Assembly (NCBI GenBank): GCA_963693365.1
Contig: CAVNZM010000015.1
Span: 5,277,502 to 5,341,501 of the forward strand
DNA: 64,000 bases
Source of the DNA: Amoebidium appalachense
Taxonomy: Eukaryota > Protista > Ichthyosporea
Direction: 5' to 3'
Position 1 is the stretch's first letter. Every line of letters begins with the position of its first letter. The translations under genes were made by a program, and so were the position numbers. Shown piece by piece: positions 1-11,762 of this stretch. The notes under the pieces are model-generated. The model was not told where the DNA came from. It searched no databases and worked only from the letters and a program-made list of their open reading frames with translations.

Positions 1-35
<35 letters not shown>

Positions 36-165
36 AAGGTAGAGGGCGGGGGGGGGGGGGGGGGGGGGGGTTGCTTGTTTTGCTGGGGAATGGTGAAAGG
101 GCTAATGCTGTGACATACTTTTCGTGTGTGGAGGGGCGAAAAGTGGTCAACTTGTCCCCTTTTTT

Positions 166-228
<63 letters not shown>

Positions 229-611
229 CTTTACAAGACTGAGGTGGAATCCTGTATCGCTTCCTCGCCCGTTCCGCTTCTTCCTCCCCCCCCCCCCCCC
301 CCCCCCCCCCCGTGCGCCCCCCGCACACGCACACACACCTCCCCTTCCCTGCTCTGCCACAGTGTCTTGCCTAATATTGGTATATTTCAGTGTAATTTAA
401 CTCAAGCTAGGGTGTTGTAGGTGGGGCACACGTGGTGTTGACATGTGTATTGTACGGAAGCCTTGTGATTGGCTCTTTTTTTATATCCAATTCTGAATTA
501 TCGAAATGATGCACACTTTTGCCAGCACACACACGCGTGACAACTTAACCCTCTCCCCCCTCTCCCCCCTTCCCCCCCCCCCACACACACACACACGCAC
601 GGGCGCACGCA

Positions 612-678
<67 letters not shown>

Positions 679-686
679 GCGTGCAG

Positions 687-806
687 CTTGTGCATTCACG
701 GGATCTGATGGATTTTAGCCGCGACGTCTTGGTGTACATCTCCAAGCCCGGGTTGCCTTTCCAATTGGTATCATCCCCCCTCCCCCCCCCCCCCCCCCCC
801 CCCCCC

Positions 807-843
<37 letters not shown>

Positions 844-954
844 ACACACACGCATGCACAGACACACACACACAAACACACACACGCACAGAGAGAGAGA
901 CACGCACAAAAAGACACACACAAGAACGGGCGCGCACGGGTGTGCGCGGGCACG

Positions 955-985
<31 letters not shown>

Positions 986-986
986 T

Positions 987-1031
<45 letters not shown>

Positions 1032-1032
1032 T

Positions 1033-1085
<53 letters not shown>

Positions 1086-1371
1086 CGTGCATACGCGCGC
1101 GCACACATGTACGTGCATATACGCCCACGCACATGTGCGTGCATGTAGGCGCTCACACACACAGCGAGGGGGGGGGGGGGGGGAGAGAGAGATAGGCATA
1201 GAGAGAGAGACACACACAGACACACATACATATGCCTTCACACATACACACATACACACACACACACACTCTCTCTCTCTCTCTCTCTCTCTCACGCACT
1301 CACGCATTCACTCACTTGCTCACTCACTCACTCGCTCACTCGTTCCGCCCCTCATCCTTCCCCCCCTCCCC

Positions 1372-1402
<31 letters not shown>

Positions 1403-1716
1403 ACTCTCTCTCTCTCTCTCTCTCTCCCCCTCCCTCCCTCCCTCCCTCCCTCCCTCCCTCCCTCCCTCCCTCCCTCCCTCCCCGTCCCTCATTCCCCCAC
1501 CCTCCTCATCACCCGTCCTCCCCCCCATCCACACACACACACACACAGATACGTGACAGTACGCTCCGCAACCTCGAGGACAGCAGGGAGATACGTGTAC
1601 GTGCCTGCATCAGTGTGCACTGTGACATATACAACATGCCGGCCCTGTTTGTCCTGCTTCATGTGCCCTTCCCCGGCACACCCATCCCCGAAAACACACC
1701 CATAACGGTCTACTAA
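687..1716 (+). CDS. Last two exons (687-767, 1549-1716) of an unassigned spliced gene that starts upstream of the window
   Basis: Two non-repetitive islands with AG/GT borders join in phase 0: [27 protein letters not shown]|[55 protein letters not shown]. No family recognised. Confidence 0.55.
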
Positions 1717-1924
1717 TGAATATGATATATAGACTTCCACACTCGTGATAGTGGGAATTCGTTGTGGGCGGAGTGTGGGTTTTGGGGTTTTTCATTCTAA
1801 CGGGCCGTTACGTTCACGATCTGTGTGGAGGGGTCCGTTTAATCTTCAAAAATCATTATGGTGCATAAAAACAGCAGCCTTGCTTTGTCTGTTACTTTGT
1901 TTTGGCCCGGGGAAGGAGGAGGAA

Positions 1925-1957
<33 letters not shown>

Positions 1958-3014
1958 CTTAGTGCTGTGAGGGAAGGTTGTAAATATGTTACTCCGCTCT
2001 CGTGTGTTGTTATAATTTGAGATTCAGTAATTTCCTTCTATGGTTTGCTGCTGTTGTTGTTGGCTAAGGCCTTGGTTAACAAGCACATTCTAATGTCGAT
2101 GCAGTAATTGGTTTTGCCATATATGGTGTTGACTATTTTAAGGTACTCTAATTACCATAAATGGTATGGAGTCGAAAAATGTCTTTATGATTGTTAAGCA
2201 AGTGGGTATCTGTTTTCAGTTTCTTGATGTGTCGGTTGCAAGAGGGGGATAGATAGTTAATTGCATGATACTGTATCATTAGAAGGTTGATATTCGTTAC
2301 ATAATTAGCGATGTAACTGGTTTATTTCCATGTCTTATTTCTCAATTTGATGAAGTGCACGTGTAAGTAAGTGTAAACCATTCCTAACCGAATGTCGCAG
2401 GGCAATCAGTATATCCTACACTTATCTTGTGCCATGTGAATTTGTTACTTGTTGCTATGTTGACTTCCTTGTACATGTTGCTATGTTGCTATGTTGACTT
2501 CCTAATTATGTCGCGAAATTCGAGCAGGTCTCATATGCAAGTTGTAATAAAACCCCTGGTCGTCATTACATTCTCTGGCAATGCGCTTTCATGACATTCC
2601 ATACTTGCCGCCATAGCAGCATCAACTGAACTTGGGCGGGTCAACCCGTCTTGATCAAAGACGAGCAGGGTTGCTTATGCAAGCAAGGTGAGCAAAACGG
2701 TGCATATGTGTGTGCAAACTAATGCAGTGCAGGGAAAAATGCGTAGAACAAAGAATCTCTCCCGGGCCCCTGGCCCCCAGCTGGGGCCGGCCTCCCCCTT
2801 CTCCTCACCTCTCTCCTTCTCTCTCCCTCTCTCTCTCTGAGACTCGTCCTATCCCTCTCCCCTCTCTCGATCGACTCTCTCCCTCACACTGACACACACA
2901 CACACGCACACGTACGCACACACATACACACACACACACCCCTCTCTCTCTCTCTCTCCAGAGACTCTCTCTCTCTTCCCCCTTCCCCCCACTCTTCCCC
3001 CCGCCTCCCCCCCC

Positions 3015-3320
3015 TGTCGAACAGGATAGCCATCCGGTATGCCCTGCGTTAGCGTAGCACCAGTGATCGGGAATATTCGAGATATTCGGGATAAACTGGT
3101 GGATAGGTTCACAATAGATCAGGATAGATCTAGAGGAGTCTAGAAGATTCTGTTGGAGTGTTCTGATTGGTAGCGACTAGATCCATAGCGGCGGGTAGAC
3201 CAATCGGGAATAGTATGTAACATTCCAGTGAGCCAGACCACAAGTATATAAAGGTCCCGGTGGGCCAGTCAATGTAAGTCAGCAAATAATAAAGTCTCAC
3301 AGAGAAACCTCTAAGTTACG
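3015..3320 (+). repeat. 5' LTR of copia copy 1
   Basis: Direct repeat of 6278-6583; contains TATATAAA and AATAAA. Confidence 0.96.
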
Positions 3321-3367
3321 GTTATGGGCCCAGTACAACGCTACGATCAAGCGACTGTTGAGACAAG

Positions 3368-6037
3368 ATGGGAAGAGCAAAATGTCCAGTTCCCATGTAT
3401 GAAGGAGAAGGCAAGGGCAAAATCTCCTACTCAATGTGGGCCATGCGCATGAAGTGCTTCCTCGAGGGCGAGGAATTATGGTACACGATTGAAGACGTGG
3501 CTCCTGAAGTGATAGGAGAGGACGGCGAACCGGTGGAGCAACCTCTGGTGGAGATCGACCCCTTGGACCAGAAGAAGGCGACTTCCTACCTGGTGGAGAC
3601 ACTAGGTGATGTACCTGCAAGCCTGTGTCGGCGAGCTATTGCCGTAGGAAATCCCAAGGACATATGGGATACGGTAGCATCATACGCTGCGCGCAACACA
3701 GATGAGCACAAGAGAATGTTGATTCAACAGTTCTGGCGTGCTGATATGATGCCGACGGAAAGCGTGCTGGAGTATGCGGCCCGTCTGGAGTGCATTGTGC
3801 AGGATCTTCTTCATATCGACCCCAATGGAGTTAGTGAGGACATGGTTGCCGAGAAATTCCTGGACGGTGTAGGCGCTGACGACCGATTCCGCACCGACGT
3901 TAGGACCATTCAAGCTTTACCAGCAGCTGAGAAGACAATGGAAAAGATAATCGCCAAGCTGCGTGGTTTTGAGGAGAACGAGGCTGCAAGGGAACAGCAG
4001 CGGGTGATGATGACCAGCACCCAATGGCGCGGCGGTACGCCACGACAGGACACCGGCAAGCCGCGCGTGACTGACATATCCAAGGTGGAGTGTTACAAAT
4101 GTCACAAGTTTGGGCACTACAAGTCACAGTGTCCAAAGAAGAAGAAGGGCGGCAATCGCGGCGACAAGGCGAAGCAGAACGGAGCTTCCAAGGAGATACT
4201 CGCCATGGCGGTAAACAGCGGACTCCCTTCTTCAACTGAGTGGTATTGGGACTGCGGCGCAACCTCCCATGTCACATGCCGAAAGGACTGGATGGAAGAC
4301 TTCCGGTCGATCACACCCAAACCCGTCGCTCTGGGTAACACCCCGGGTGTGATGGCGCTAGGAATAGGCGTCGTAAGATTAACAAGTGAGTTCCAGGGCA
4401 ACAGCATGACATTTAGACTGCAGAATGTGCTGTACGTGCCAGCATTTGGAACTAACGTGATGTCGGCTTCAAGCGCCGGCAAGCACGGGTTAAGAGGCAT
4501 CACCGACGGTCGACAGTGTACGATTGAGAGTGCCACAGATGGCCAAGTTGTGGCCCGTGGGGTAGTGGAGGGAGGCCTGTATCGTCTCCTAGTGAAACCC
4601 GTATGTGAGAGCGTGAACATGGTGACCACTGCAGTCGGCAGCAGTGGGGGTAACACCGTGTGTGAGCCGGTAAAGGGCAGCGCCAGTTTATGGCACCGGC
4701 GGTTTGGTCATGTGGCAATAAACACGCTACAGAAGATGGTTAAAGAAAACATCGTCGAGGGTCTGTGCATCGACTGCAAAACCCAGGATGACGGTGTGTG
4801 CGAGGGATGCGCGAGAGGGAAGCAAGCCCGGCTCTCTTTCAGTAAGCTACCCCGCAAGACAGCGCCAGCGAAGCTCGACAGAGTTCATTCTGATGTGGCA
4901 GGACCGTTCAACAAGGAGTCGCTGCAAGGTTCCAAGTATTATGTCACCTTCATCGACGACAAGACAAGGTTCACTACGGTGTACTTCATGAAACATAAAT
5001 CCCAAGTGCATACTTACTTCAAGAAGTACAAGGCACACGTAGAGAAGCAACACGGTGCCAGCATCAAGATTCTGCGTTCCGACAACGGGGGTGAGTACAC
5101 CTCCACTGAGTTCAAGTCGTTCCTGGAAGCGTGCGGCATTGAACATGAGGCGACAGTCCCTTACACACCAGAGCAGAATGGTGTAGCAGAGAGGGCTAAC
5201 AGGACCATTGTCGAGACGGCGCGCTGCATGCTGCAGTCAGCAGGCATGAGTATGGGGTTCTGGCAGCTGGCAGTACAGGCAGCTGTGTACATCAAGAACC
5301 TGACGCCAACCACAGTACTGGGTGGCATGACACCTTGGGAGGCATGGTATGGAGAGAAGCCCGATGTTAGCCATCTACGTGTATTTGGTAGCAAGGCATT
5401 TGTCCATGTGCCGAAGGACGAGCGCAGGAAGCTAGACGCCAAGAGTCGGGAGTGTAAATTCGTCGGCTACACAGGTGACAGCAAGACGTACTTGTTGTGG
5501 GACACCGAGGCGCGCAAGACTATCGTCGGGCGAGATGTGGTGATCGATGAATCATGCACCCCAAAGGCCGGTATTCCGGTGGTGCAAGATGAGCCAATGG
5601 AATTGCTGATGCATAAGCCAATCGGAAATCAGCAGAGCATGGAATCGAGGAATCCAATCAGCGCCAAGAAGCAACATTCCTTTCGGAAGCCTACAATCGG
5701 CACTGACAGTGAATATGATTCAGATGCTATCGGCGACGGCGCGGGCGAGGACAGCGGCGATTCGGACGCGGCAGGGTCAGGAGACGAGGAAGATAGTGCA
5801 GAGTTGCAGGTTGCAACCAGAAGTGCCTATCCGTCTATGACTACAAGGCGCGGTGGGACCTACGGCATCAACGCAGGTGTAGTAGAGTACCGCGACAGTA
5901 TCAGCATGGCAATTGAGAGTGCTGATAGCAATGAGGATGACCCTGTGACACTGGAAGAAGCAATCTCCAGGCCAGCATCAAACACATCGACGTTCAGTAC
6001 CACTACACCCGTGAGTGTGTGGAGAATGGGGATGTAG
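3368..6037 (+). CDS. Copia Gag-protease-integrase polyprotein (889 aa), ending where RT should begin
   Basis: Zinc knuckle CYKCHKFGHYKSQC; protease WYWDCGATSH; pre-integrase LWHRRFGH...CEGCARGK; integrase core HSDVAGP / SDNGGEY / PEQNGVAER. Copia domain order, no YVDD RT motif. Confidence 0.96.
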   Translation: MGRAKCPVPMYEGEGKGKISYSMWAMRMKCFLEGEELWYTIEDVAPEVIGEDGEPVEQPLVEIDPLDQKKATSYLVETLGDVPASLCRRAIAVGNPKDIWDTVASYAARNTDEHKRMLIQQFWRADMMPTESVLEYAARLECIVQDLLHIDPNGVSEDMVAEKFLDGVGADDRFRTDVRTIQALPAAEKTMEKIIAKLRGFEENEAAREQQRVMMTSTQWRGGTPRQDTGKPRVTDISKVECYKCHKFGHYKSQCPKKKKGGNRGDKAKQNGASKEILAMAVNSGLPSSTEWYWDCGATSHVTCRKDWMEDFRSITPKPVALGNTPGVMALGIGVVRLTSEFQGNSMTFRLQNVLYVPAFGTNVMSASSAGKHGLRGITDGRQCTIESATDGQVVARGVVEGGLYRLLVKPVCESVNMVTTAVGSSGGNTVCEPVKGSASLWHRRFGHVAINTLQKMVKENIVEGLCIDCKTQDDGVCEGCARGKQARLSFSKLPRKTAPAKLDRVHSDVAGPFNKESLQGSKYYVTFIDDKTRFTTVYFMKHKSQVHTYFKKYKAHVEKQHGASIKILRSDNGGEYTSTEFKSFLEACGIEHEATVPYTPEQNGVAERANRTIVETARCMLQSAGMSMGFWQLAVQAAVYIKNLTPTTVLGGMTPWEAWYGEKPDVSHLRVFGSKAFVHVPKDERRKLDAKSRECKFVGYTGDSKTYLLWDTEARKTIVGRDVVIDESCTPKAGIPVVQDEPMELLMHKPIGNQQSMESRNPISAKKQHSFRKPTIGTDSEYDSDAIGDGAGEDSGDSDAAGSGDEEDSAELQVATRSAYPSMTTRRGGTYGINAGVVEYRDSISMAIESADSNEDDPVTLEEAISRPASNTSTFSTTTPVSVWRMGM

Positions 6038-6144
6038 AACTTGTGTATTGCAGCACGAACAGTAACGTGGCCGACATGTGCACCAAAGCTTTAGGGAGAC
6101 TTAAGTTAGTGCAGCATCGGCAGGCCATCGGCATGGCTGAGTAA
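5977..6144 (+). pseudogene. Out-of-frame remnant of the copia RNase H C-terminus
   Basis: An alternative frame reads IKHIDVQYHYTRECVENGDVELVYCSTNSNVADMCTKALGRLKLVQHRQAIGMAE*, matching the copia RNase H end motif KHID..YH..RE / AD..TK.L. Confidence 0.92.
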
Positions 6145-6277
6145 GAACTACAATTAGTGTAGTGTTAATGTTCGTGTAGTAGGTGTTATATGTGTTAGTA
6201 TAGTAGCATAGTTTTAGAGTTGCATCTTAGGTTTAGGTTGCATGCGGTAGATAGATAGAACACAGTGCAAGTGGGGG

Positions 6278-6583
6278 TGTCGAACAGGATAGCCATCCGG
6301 TATGCCCTGCGTTAGCGTAGCACCAGTGATCGGGAATATTCGAGATATTCGGGATAAACTGGTGGATAGGTTCACAATAGATCAGGATAGATCTAGAGGA
6401 GTCTAGAAGATTCTGTTGGAGTGTTCTGATTGGTAGCGACTAGATCCATAGCGGCGGGTAGACCAATCGGGAATAGTATGTAACATTCCAGTGAGCCAGA
6501 CCACAAGTATATAAAGGTCCCGGTGGGCCAGTCAATGTAAGTCAGCAAATAATAAAGTCTCACAGAGAAACCTCTAAGTTACA
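6278..6583 (+). repeat. 3' LTR of copia copy 1
   Basis: Direct repeat of 3015-3320, preceded by the polypurine tract. Confidence 0.96.
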
Positions 6584-8023
6584 CCCCCCCCCCCTCCCTC
6601 CCTCCCGGGCCGCTCCCCCCCCCCCCCCCCCCCCCCGGCCCCCCCTTCCCCTCCCCCCTCCCCTTCCCCCCCTTGGGTGTCGATCAATTCCCCGGCCCCC
6701 GGGCCTGCGCCTCCCGCCCCCGCCGCCCCAACTCACTTCCTGGGCCCCACATGCAGCATGCTGTGCAGGCCTGGGGTCCAAACGCGGCGACCAGTGGAAA
6801 ACGGCATGCCTTTGCCTGTGCATAGGCAAGAATATCGGTAATTTACACGTGGTGCATATGTCACCATCGGGGGGAGGGGTTGGAGTACACCCGAGGTTTG
6901 CAGCGGTTGCGCATTGAATATCTGGCAGTCAACTTGACAGACCAACGTCGCCAGTAATGAACATTTTGGTGATCGCGATTGTGATGAGAGCTTATAAGTG
7001 TGTGTGTGTGTTATGATTAGAGGCACGTGCGTCTAAGGTTAACAGCTAAGCTTTACGATTCTCCGTTGTTTAAGCCGGTTAAGTCTATATGTTGGTTTTT
7101 GACTTTCCAGCAAAAAAATTCAGGCCCGTTACGGTGTAAGAAGTGCCCAGGTATGTCTATGGCTGCTCTACTTTCGTTTTTTGCTCAATCTACCAACCCC
7201 TTCCCCTCCCCCCTCCCCCTTCCCCCCCACCCCACGCTTCATCCTTCCTCGCTTTTTGTTGACCATCCCTCCCCCCTCCCCTGCGCCGCCACTTCTCCCC
7301 CCGCGCCCACCCCACCCTCCTTCCCCCTCCACACAAAACACTACTCAGCTCTCATTGATAGCATCAAACTTCACTTTCCACTCGTTCTCTCAGAATGTTT
7401 TTTATTCCTCATAACCCGTGCATGAATGTGATACTAAGAAAGGAAGGAGACTAATGTACTAGTCAACCCGTCTGAATGCGATCACGTGTCACTTAATTTC
7501 ATCTGAACATTTCTACTGCTTACGTGCATCATTATCTCAATTCTGGCCTCCTTGAGCCGCAAATTCCCACCTCTTCTTTGCATGTTCCAAAATGTATGCT
7601 TGATGGACTCAAATCCTGCACCAAGACAACCCCGACACATACCGTACGCGTATAATCCTTGTCCTTGCAAACTGATTCCCCTCTATTCTCTTTCAGTCAA
7701 TTTATTCCGTCTTCCCATGTATCCCCGCCTTTCTATTTTGTGCCTTTCACGCCTCCCCCTTCATTCCCTTATGCCTCCACCTTTCTGTTCCTCCAGGTCA
7801 CTTGCATGGTGTCTTCGTTCACTTTCTTTTTTTGCGTTTCTTTCACTACTATGACTGCCTGTTCAGGGCATCCTTCGTCTCCTCACGGACCTAATCTTCG
7901 TTGAATTACAAGTCACAAACGTCTCCTTTTCCTCCCCCGCCCCCTCCCCCCCCCCTCTCACCCCTGCCGGTCTAACCCCTTCTTGTTGTGTTCCATCACT
8001 AACTTCCCTCTCAACACACCACA

Positions 8024-8551
8024 GAACAACATCTGTAGCCGTTTCTCGCATTCAACGCTCCAAATCGACACAACATTTCTGAGAATGGAATCATCTTCGG
8101 GCGTAGTGGCCCGAAAAATATGGGGCCAACCCACTACAGCTCAGAGGATGGAGCAGGAACGGAGCGAACCCAAAGGAATGAGGAATGTGCATCTGGACAC
8201 TTGGAGGGCTAGGAGAAAATTGGCCATGCTTCGTCAGAGCAGTGGAAACGTGGACTACTACCACCCTCCTGCATATGTATCGAGTGCATGTAGGCCAGGT
8301 CAGAAAGGTCTGGCGTGTTCTGGAAACATTTCTTCTTTGGTGTGTGTTATTTTGTACGAGGTGACATGCTTGTTGCTTGTTTGTGTGTGTATGCTGACGA
8401 ATGTGAGGGTGTGCGTGTTTCGGCTTGCGCATAAGTACAGCGGCAGAGAAGGAGTGAGTGCATGTAGTTGTGTGTGCGCCTGTGCATAGTTGTGAAATGT
8501 GTGTGTGTCTGCGGTGTGAGTGTGTATCAAAAACGTGTGTTGCAAGTCTCC

Positions 8552-8585
<34 letters not shown>

Positions 8586-11330
8586 GGGGGGAAAAGGGGA
8601 GAGGGGGCAGGGGGGGTGGGGGTGGGGGGAGGGGGGTGCAAAAGCAAAGTCGGAACATGAAAGGAGATGCATAATAAGGTTCGTAGGGTATGGGTGGAGT
8701 CGAAAATATGGGAGAATTGTCGCAAAGAAAGCTAGGTTTAGGGTGATGGGAAGATTAGAGAATTGGAGGAGAGGAAGATGTGTGGGGAAGAGAAAAGGAA
8801 GTGAAGGTGTGTGGGGTGGCAGTGTCTTTGGAGAGGGGGAGGGGGGGGGGGGGGGGGGGGGGATTGTGTAATAGAATGGGGTAGGGGTTGTGTGTGTCTG
8901 TGGGGGGGAGGAGAAGGAATGAGTACGAGAGGGGAAGAAGGTTGGGGGGGGGGGAGGGGGGGGGGGGGGAGGGGGGAAGGGTCCTGAGATGTGGGTAAGG
9001 CCGACGTGAGCTGGGAGAATGAGTGCTCGTTGATTTTGGTGTGTGTGTGTATGGGTGTGGGTGTGCGCGTACTCACGCGCAAGTGTGTGTGTTTGCTAAG
9101 GGAGGGGGGGAGGGGGGGGGAGGGGGGGGTCAGACACGTGCGTCTGTCATCCCCTCCCCTACCACAGTGCCCTACACGTTCCCCTCCAATGCTCATTTTC
9201 TTTATACACCCCCTACTCGCCCACTCACCCTTTACCTTCTCCCGCTGCTCCTTTCGGCTCTCCCGTCTCTCTCTCCCTCCCCCCCCCCCCCCCCCTCCCC
9301 CCCCCTCAAAACACCCTACATGATTCTTCCCCTCCCCTCCCACACCCACCCACCCACCCACCCCATCCCCACCCCGTTACTCTGTAAAGACCATTTAACC
9401 CTCCCCTCCCTTTCGTCCTCTCACCGGCTGTTTTCTACCCTGAAATAACCAATCTATGTCTCATTTGCAGCCTTATTTATCACTCTCAATATGCACCCTG
9501 TTACTCACCAATATATCTCCCTTTCAGAAAACGACAATCCCCCATCTACGCTTCAGCCAATCATCCTCCCACGGCCCAGACAGGAGGATTTTGATTGCGC
9601 GGCTCAAGCAGCGAGAAAGAGAGCACTGGCAAAACGGGCATGGAGACACCAAGCAGACTTAACGGGTAGGATGGGTGGAAAGACACTGGGTGTGAGGGGG
9701 CGCCGGGGGGAGGGGGAGGGGAGGGAGGGAGAGGATTAGGTAAGGTTGGGGGAGGTAGTATCTCAGTGAAAAGGGAGGAAGTGGGTAGGGTTGAGGGGGA
9801 GGGGTTGGGGTTTGGGGGGAGGGGGGGGAGAATATGATAAGGATGGTGTTGGTGTTGAGGAGAAGAGGAAATATGAAGCAACAATGATGATCATATACAT
9901 ATGTGAGATATGGGTTTACAGGAAGGGAAAAGCACGAAAGGAAGGGATGTTTGTTAAAGGAAATCTGAAGCATGGCATGTTGTGGTGTGTTTGGGCTGGA
10001 AGGGGAGGGGAGGGGGGGGGGGGGGGGGGGAGGAGGAGGAGGGGGGCGGCGAGGGGGGGGGGGGGGGGGAGGCGAGGGGGGGAGGGGGGGGGAGGGAGGG
10101 AGGTACGCGTTCGTGGGTGTGCCGGGTGGGTGCATGTGTGTGGATGTGAGGATGTGTGTGTGTGTGTAGTCACTCTGTGCACATGCGGCAATGAGACTGT
10201 GCTGGGCTAATGTTAGTCAGCTTATCGCAGGTGAACTAGTGTGCTAATATGGTATAGGTTATATAAATATATGAGAGGTCGTCTATCGTAGACTGAACAG
10301 TCCATTTTAGGTTAATTACTAATTAATTACTAAAGGAGATCTATCATAAGCCAAGTGGTGTGTCATAGGCTAACTGGTCCTTGTGAGGCAAACTAGTTTA
10401 AGTATTCTATTATAAACTTACCTGTCTACCATAGCCTAATTAATCTATTAACTATTTAAAAATGCAGGTTTTGCCCAATTTCTGCCCGTGGAAGAAGTAT
10501 TGGCCACGGCGAGGACAGCTGAGCCTGATGCCGACATTAATGCGGGTGGGTATCCTAATGTCATAAATTTCACCTAGTACTCTTACATGTATTGTTTCTT
10601 CACACACAAACAAGTCCCGCGTTGTGTCGTGTTAGATGGGTGGTCAGGATACTTCGGCTCATTGTGTCAATTTTCACACATTGCTTGGAAGACGGAGACT
10701 AGACAAGGCACCCCCGGTGAAAGGCTGTTTATTTTTATTTCAACTTTTACTTCTATTTAATTTTTCTTTGGTGGTGGTGTGGGGGGGGGGGGAGGGGGAG
10801 GGGGGGGCGGGGGCAGTTTTTTTCCTCTCCTTTTTCTTCTTCTTTGGCTGAAAGCCTAACATGTGAACACCCTTGCAGATCTTGGTGCTAATGGGCCGAA
10901 ACTCCGGTTGGGTGAGTATGTGTTGGGATTGGGGGTGTTGTGTGCGTGGTATGCGTGGGTCTGTGTGTGTGGTGGAAGTTGTGAGGCTCAGTCGGTTGTT
11001 AATATTTGTGCGTGTGGTGATTTGAGTGGGTTGGATGGGGCGGGGGGGGGGGGGGGGGGGGGGGGGGGGGAGTTAGGGTGCATATGGGTTAATTATGTTG
11101 ATGGATGAGATATTGGTTTCAGGCAGAATTATGGATGTTGTTTGGGGGATGTTTGTGCTTCGTTGGTTGGTGTTGTGGTTTGTGATGCTAAACCAGTATG
11201 CACGTTTCAACTCTGACGGGCCTATGCTCGGTTCAAGGATAACAGGGGTTTGGTGGTGGTGGTGGGGGTGGGGTTGGGTGAGTATGTGTTGTGTGTGTGT
11301 GTGCGTGTGTGTGTGTTTTTTGTTGTTGTT

Positions 11331-11361
<31 letters not shown>

Positions 11362-11495
11362 GGGGGGAGGGGGGGGCTGGTCTAATTAATTTTTGTGCAT
11401 TTGTCTGTTGTGGGTGTATGATAGATCAGCCGTTATCACATGGTGATGAAATATTTGTGGTTGCGCAACCAGCGGGAGTAGGGGATGTGGTTTAG
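8024..11495 (+). CDS. Putative multi-exon gene of unknown function (exons near 8024-8298, 9528-9664, 10468-10545, 10636-10716, 10879-10911, 11123-11247, 11430-11495)
   Basis: Successive AG...GT-bounded islands join in frame, mostly through phase-1 introns (…ACRP|ENDNPPSTLQP…ADLT|GFAQFLPVEEV…|DGWSGYFG…|DLGANGPKLRL|GRIMDVVW…). Start and last exon are uncertain; no family recognised. Confidence 0.45.
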
Positions 11496-11514
11496 CCATG
11501 TTTCTACTGCACCT

Positions 11515-11762
11515 TTAAACCAACCAGCGCTTCTCCCATTGTAGTGTTTGGGCGGCGAGCAGCCGAGAGCCACAATTATCAGATATCTCGTACCAATCAG
11601 GAGACGTGAGCATGTTTGGTCACATTGCCGATGTCGACATACAAAATCGCGTTATTTTCAATTAAGCGATAAAACGGCTGGGTGATAATTGGTAACAAAT
11701 GACGTCACCAATATGGCCCAGAGCCCAGTCGGCTAAAATGGGAGAAGCGGTGGTTGCTTTAA
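11515..11762. mobile_element. TTAA-flanked MITE, family A
   Basis: TTAAACCAACCAGCGCTTCTCCCATT ... AATGGGAGAAGCGGTGGTTGCTTTAA imperfect inverted termini. Internal motifs (GCAGCCRAGAGCCACA, TGTCGACAT, AATGACGTCACCAA) are shared with 41739-42018. Confidence 0.75.

Larger units (their letters stand above)
3015..6583 (+). mobile_element. Ty1/copia LTR retrotransposon, copy 1, non-autonomous (RT deleted)
   Basis: 306-bp LTRs at 3015-3320 and 6278-6583 (TG...CA) read as identical except the last base. PBS GGTTATGGGCCCAG at about 3320-3333, PPT CAAGTGGGGG at 6268-6277, CCCCC on both flanks (5-bp TSD inside a C-tract). Confidence 0.97.

Noticed and set aside
3680-5442. Antisense and overlapping ORFs within the copia elements (mirrored at 19755-21912)
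   Set aside because: They are shadows of the Gag-Pol frame, duplicated only because the element is duplicated, and carry no motifs.
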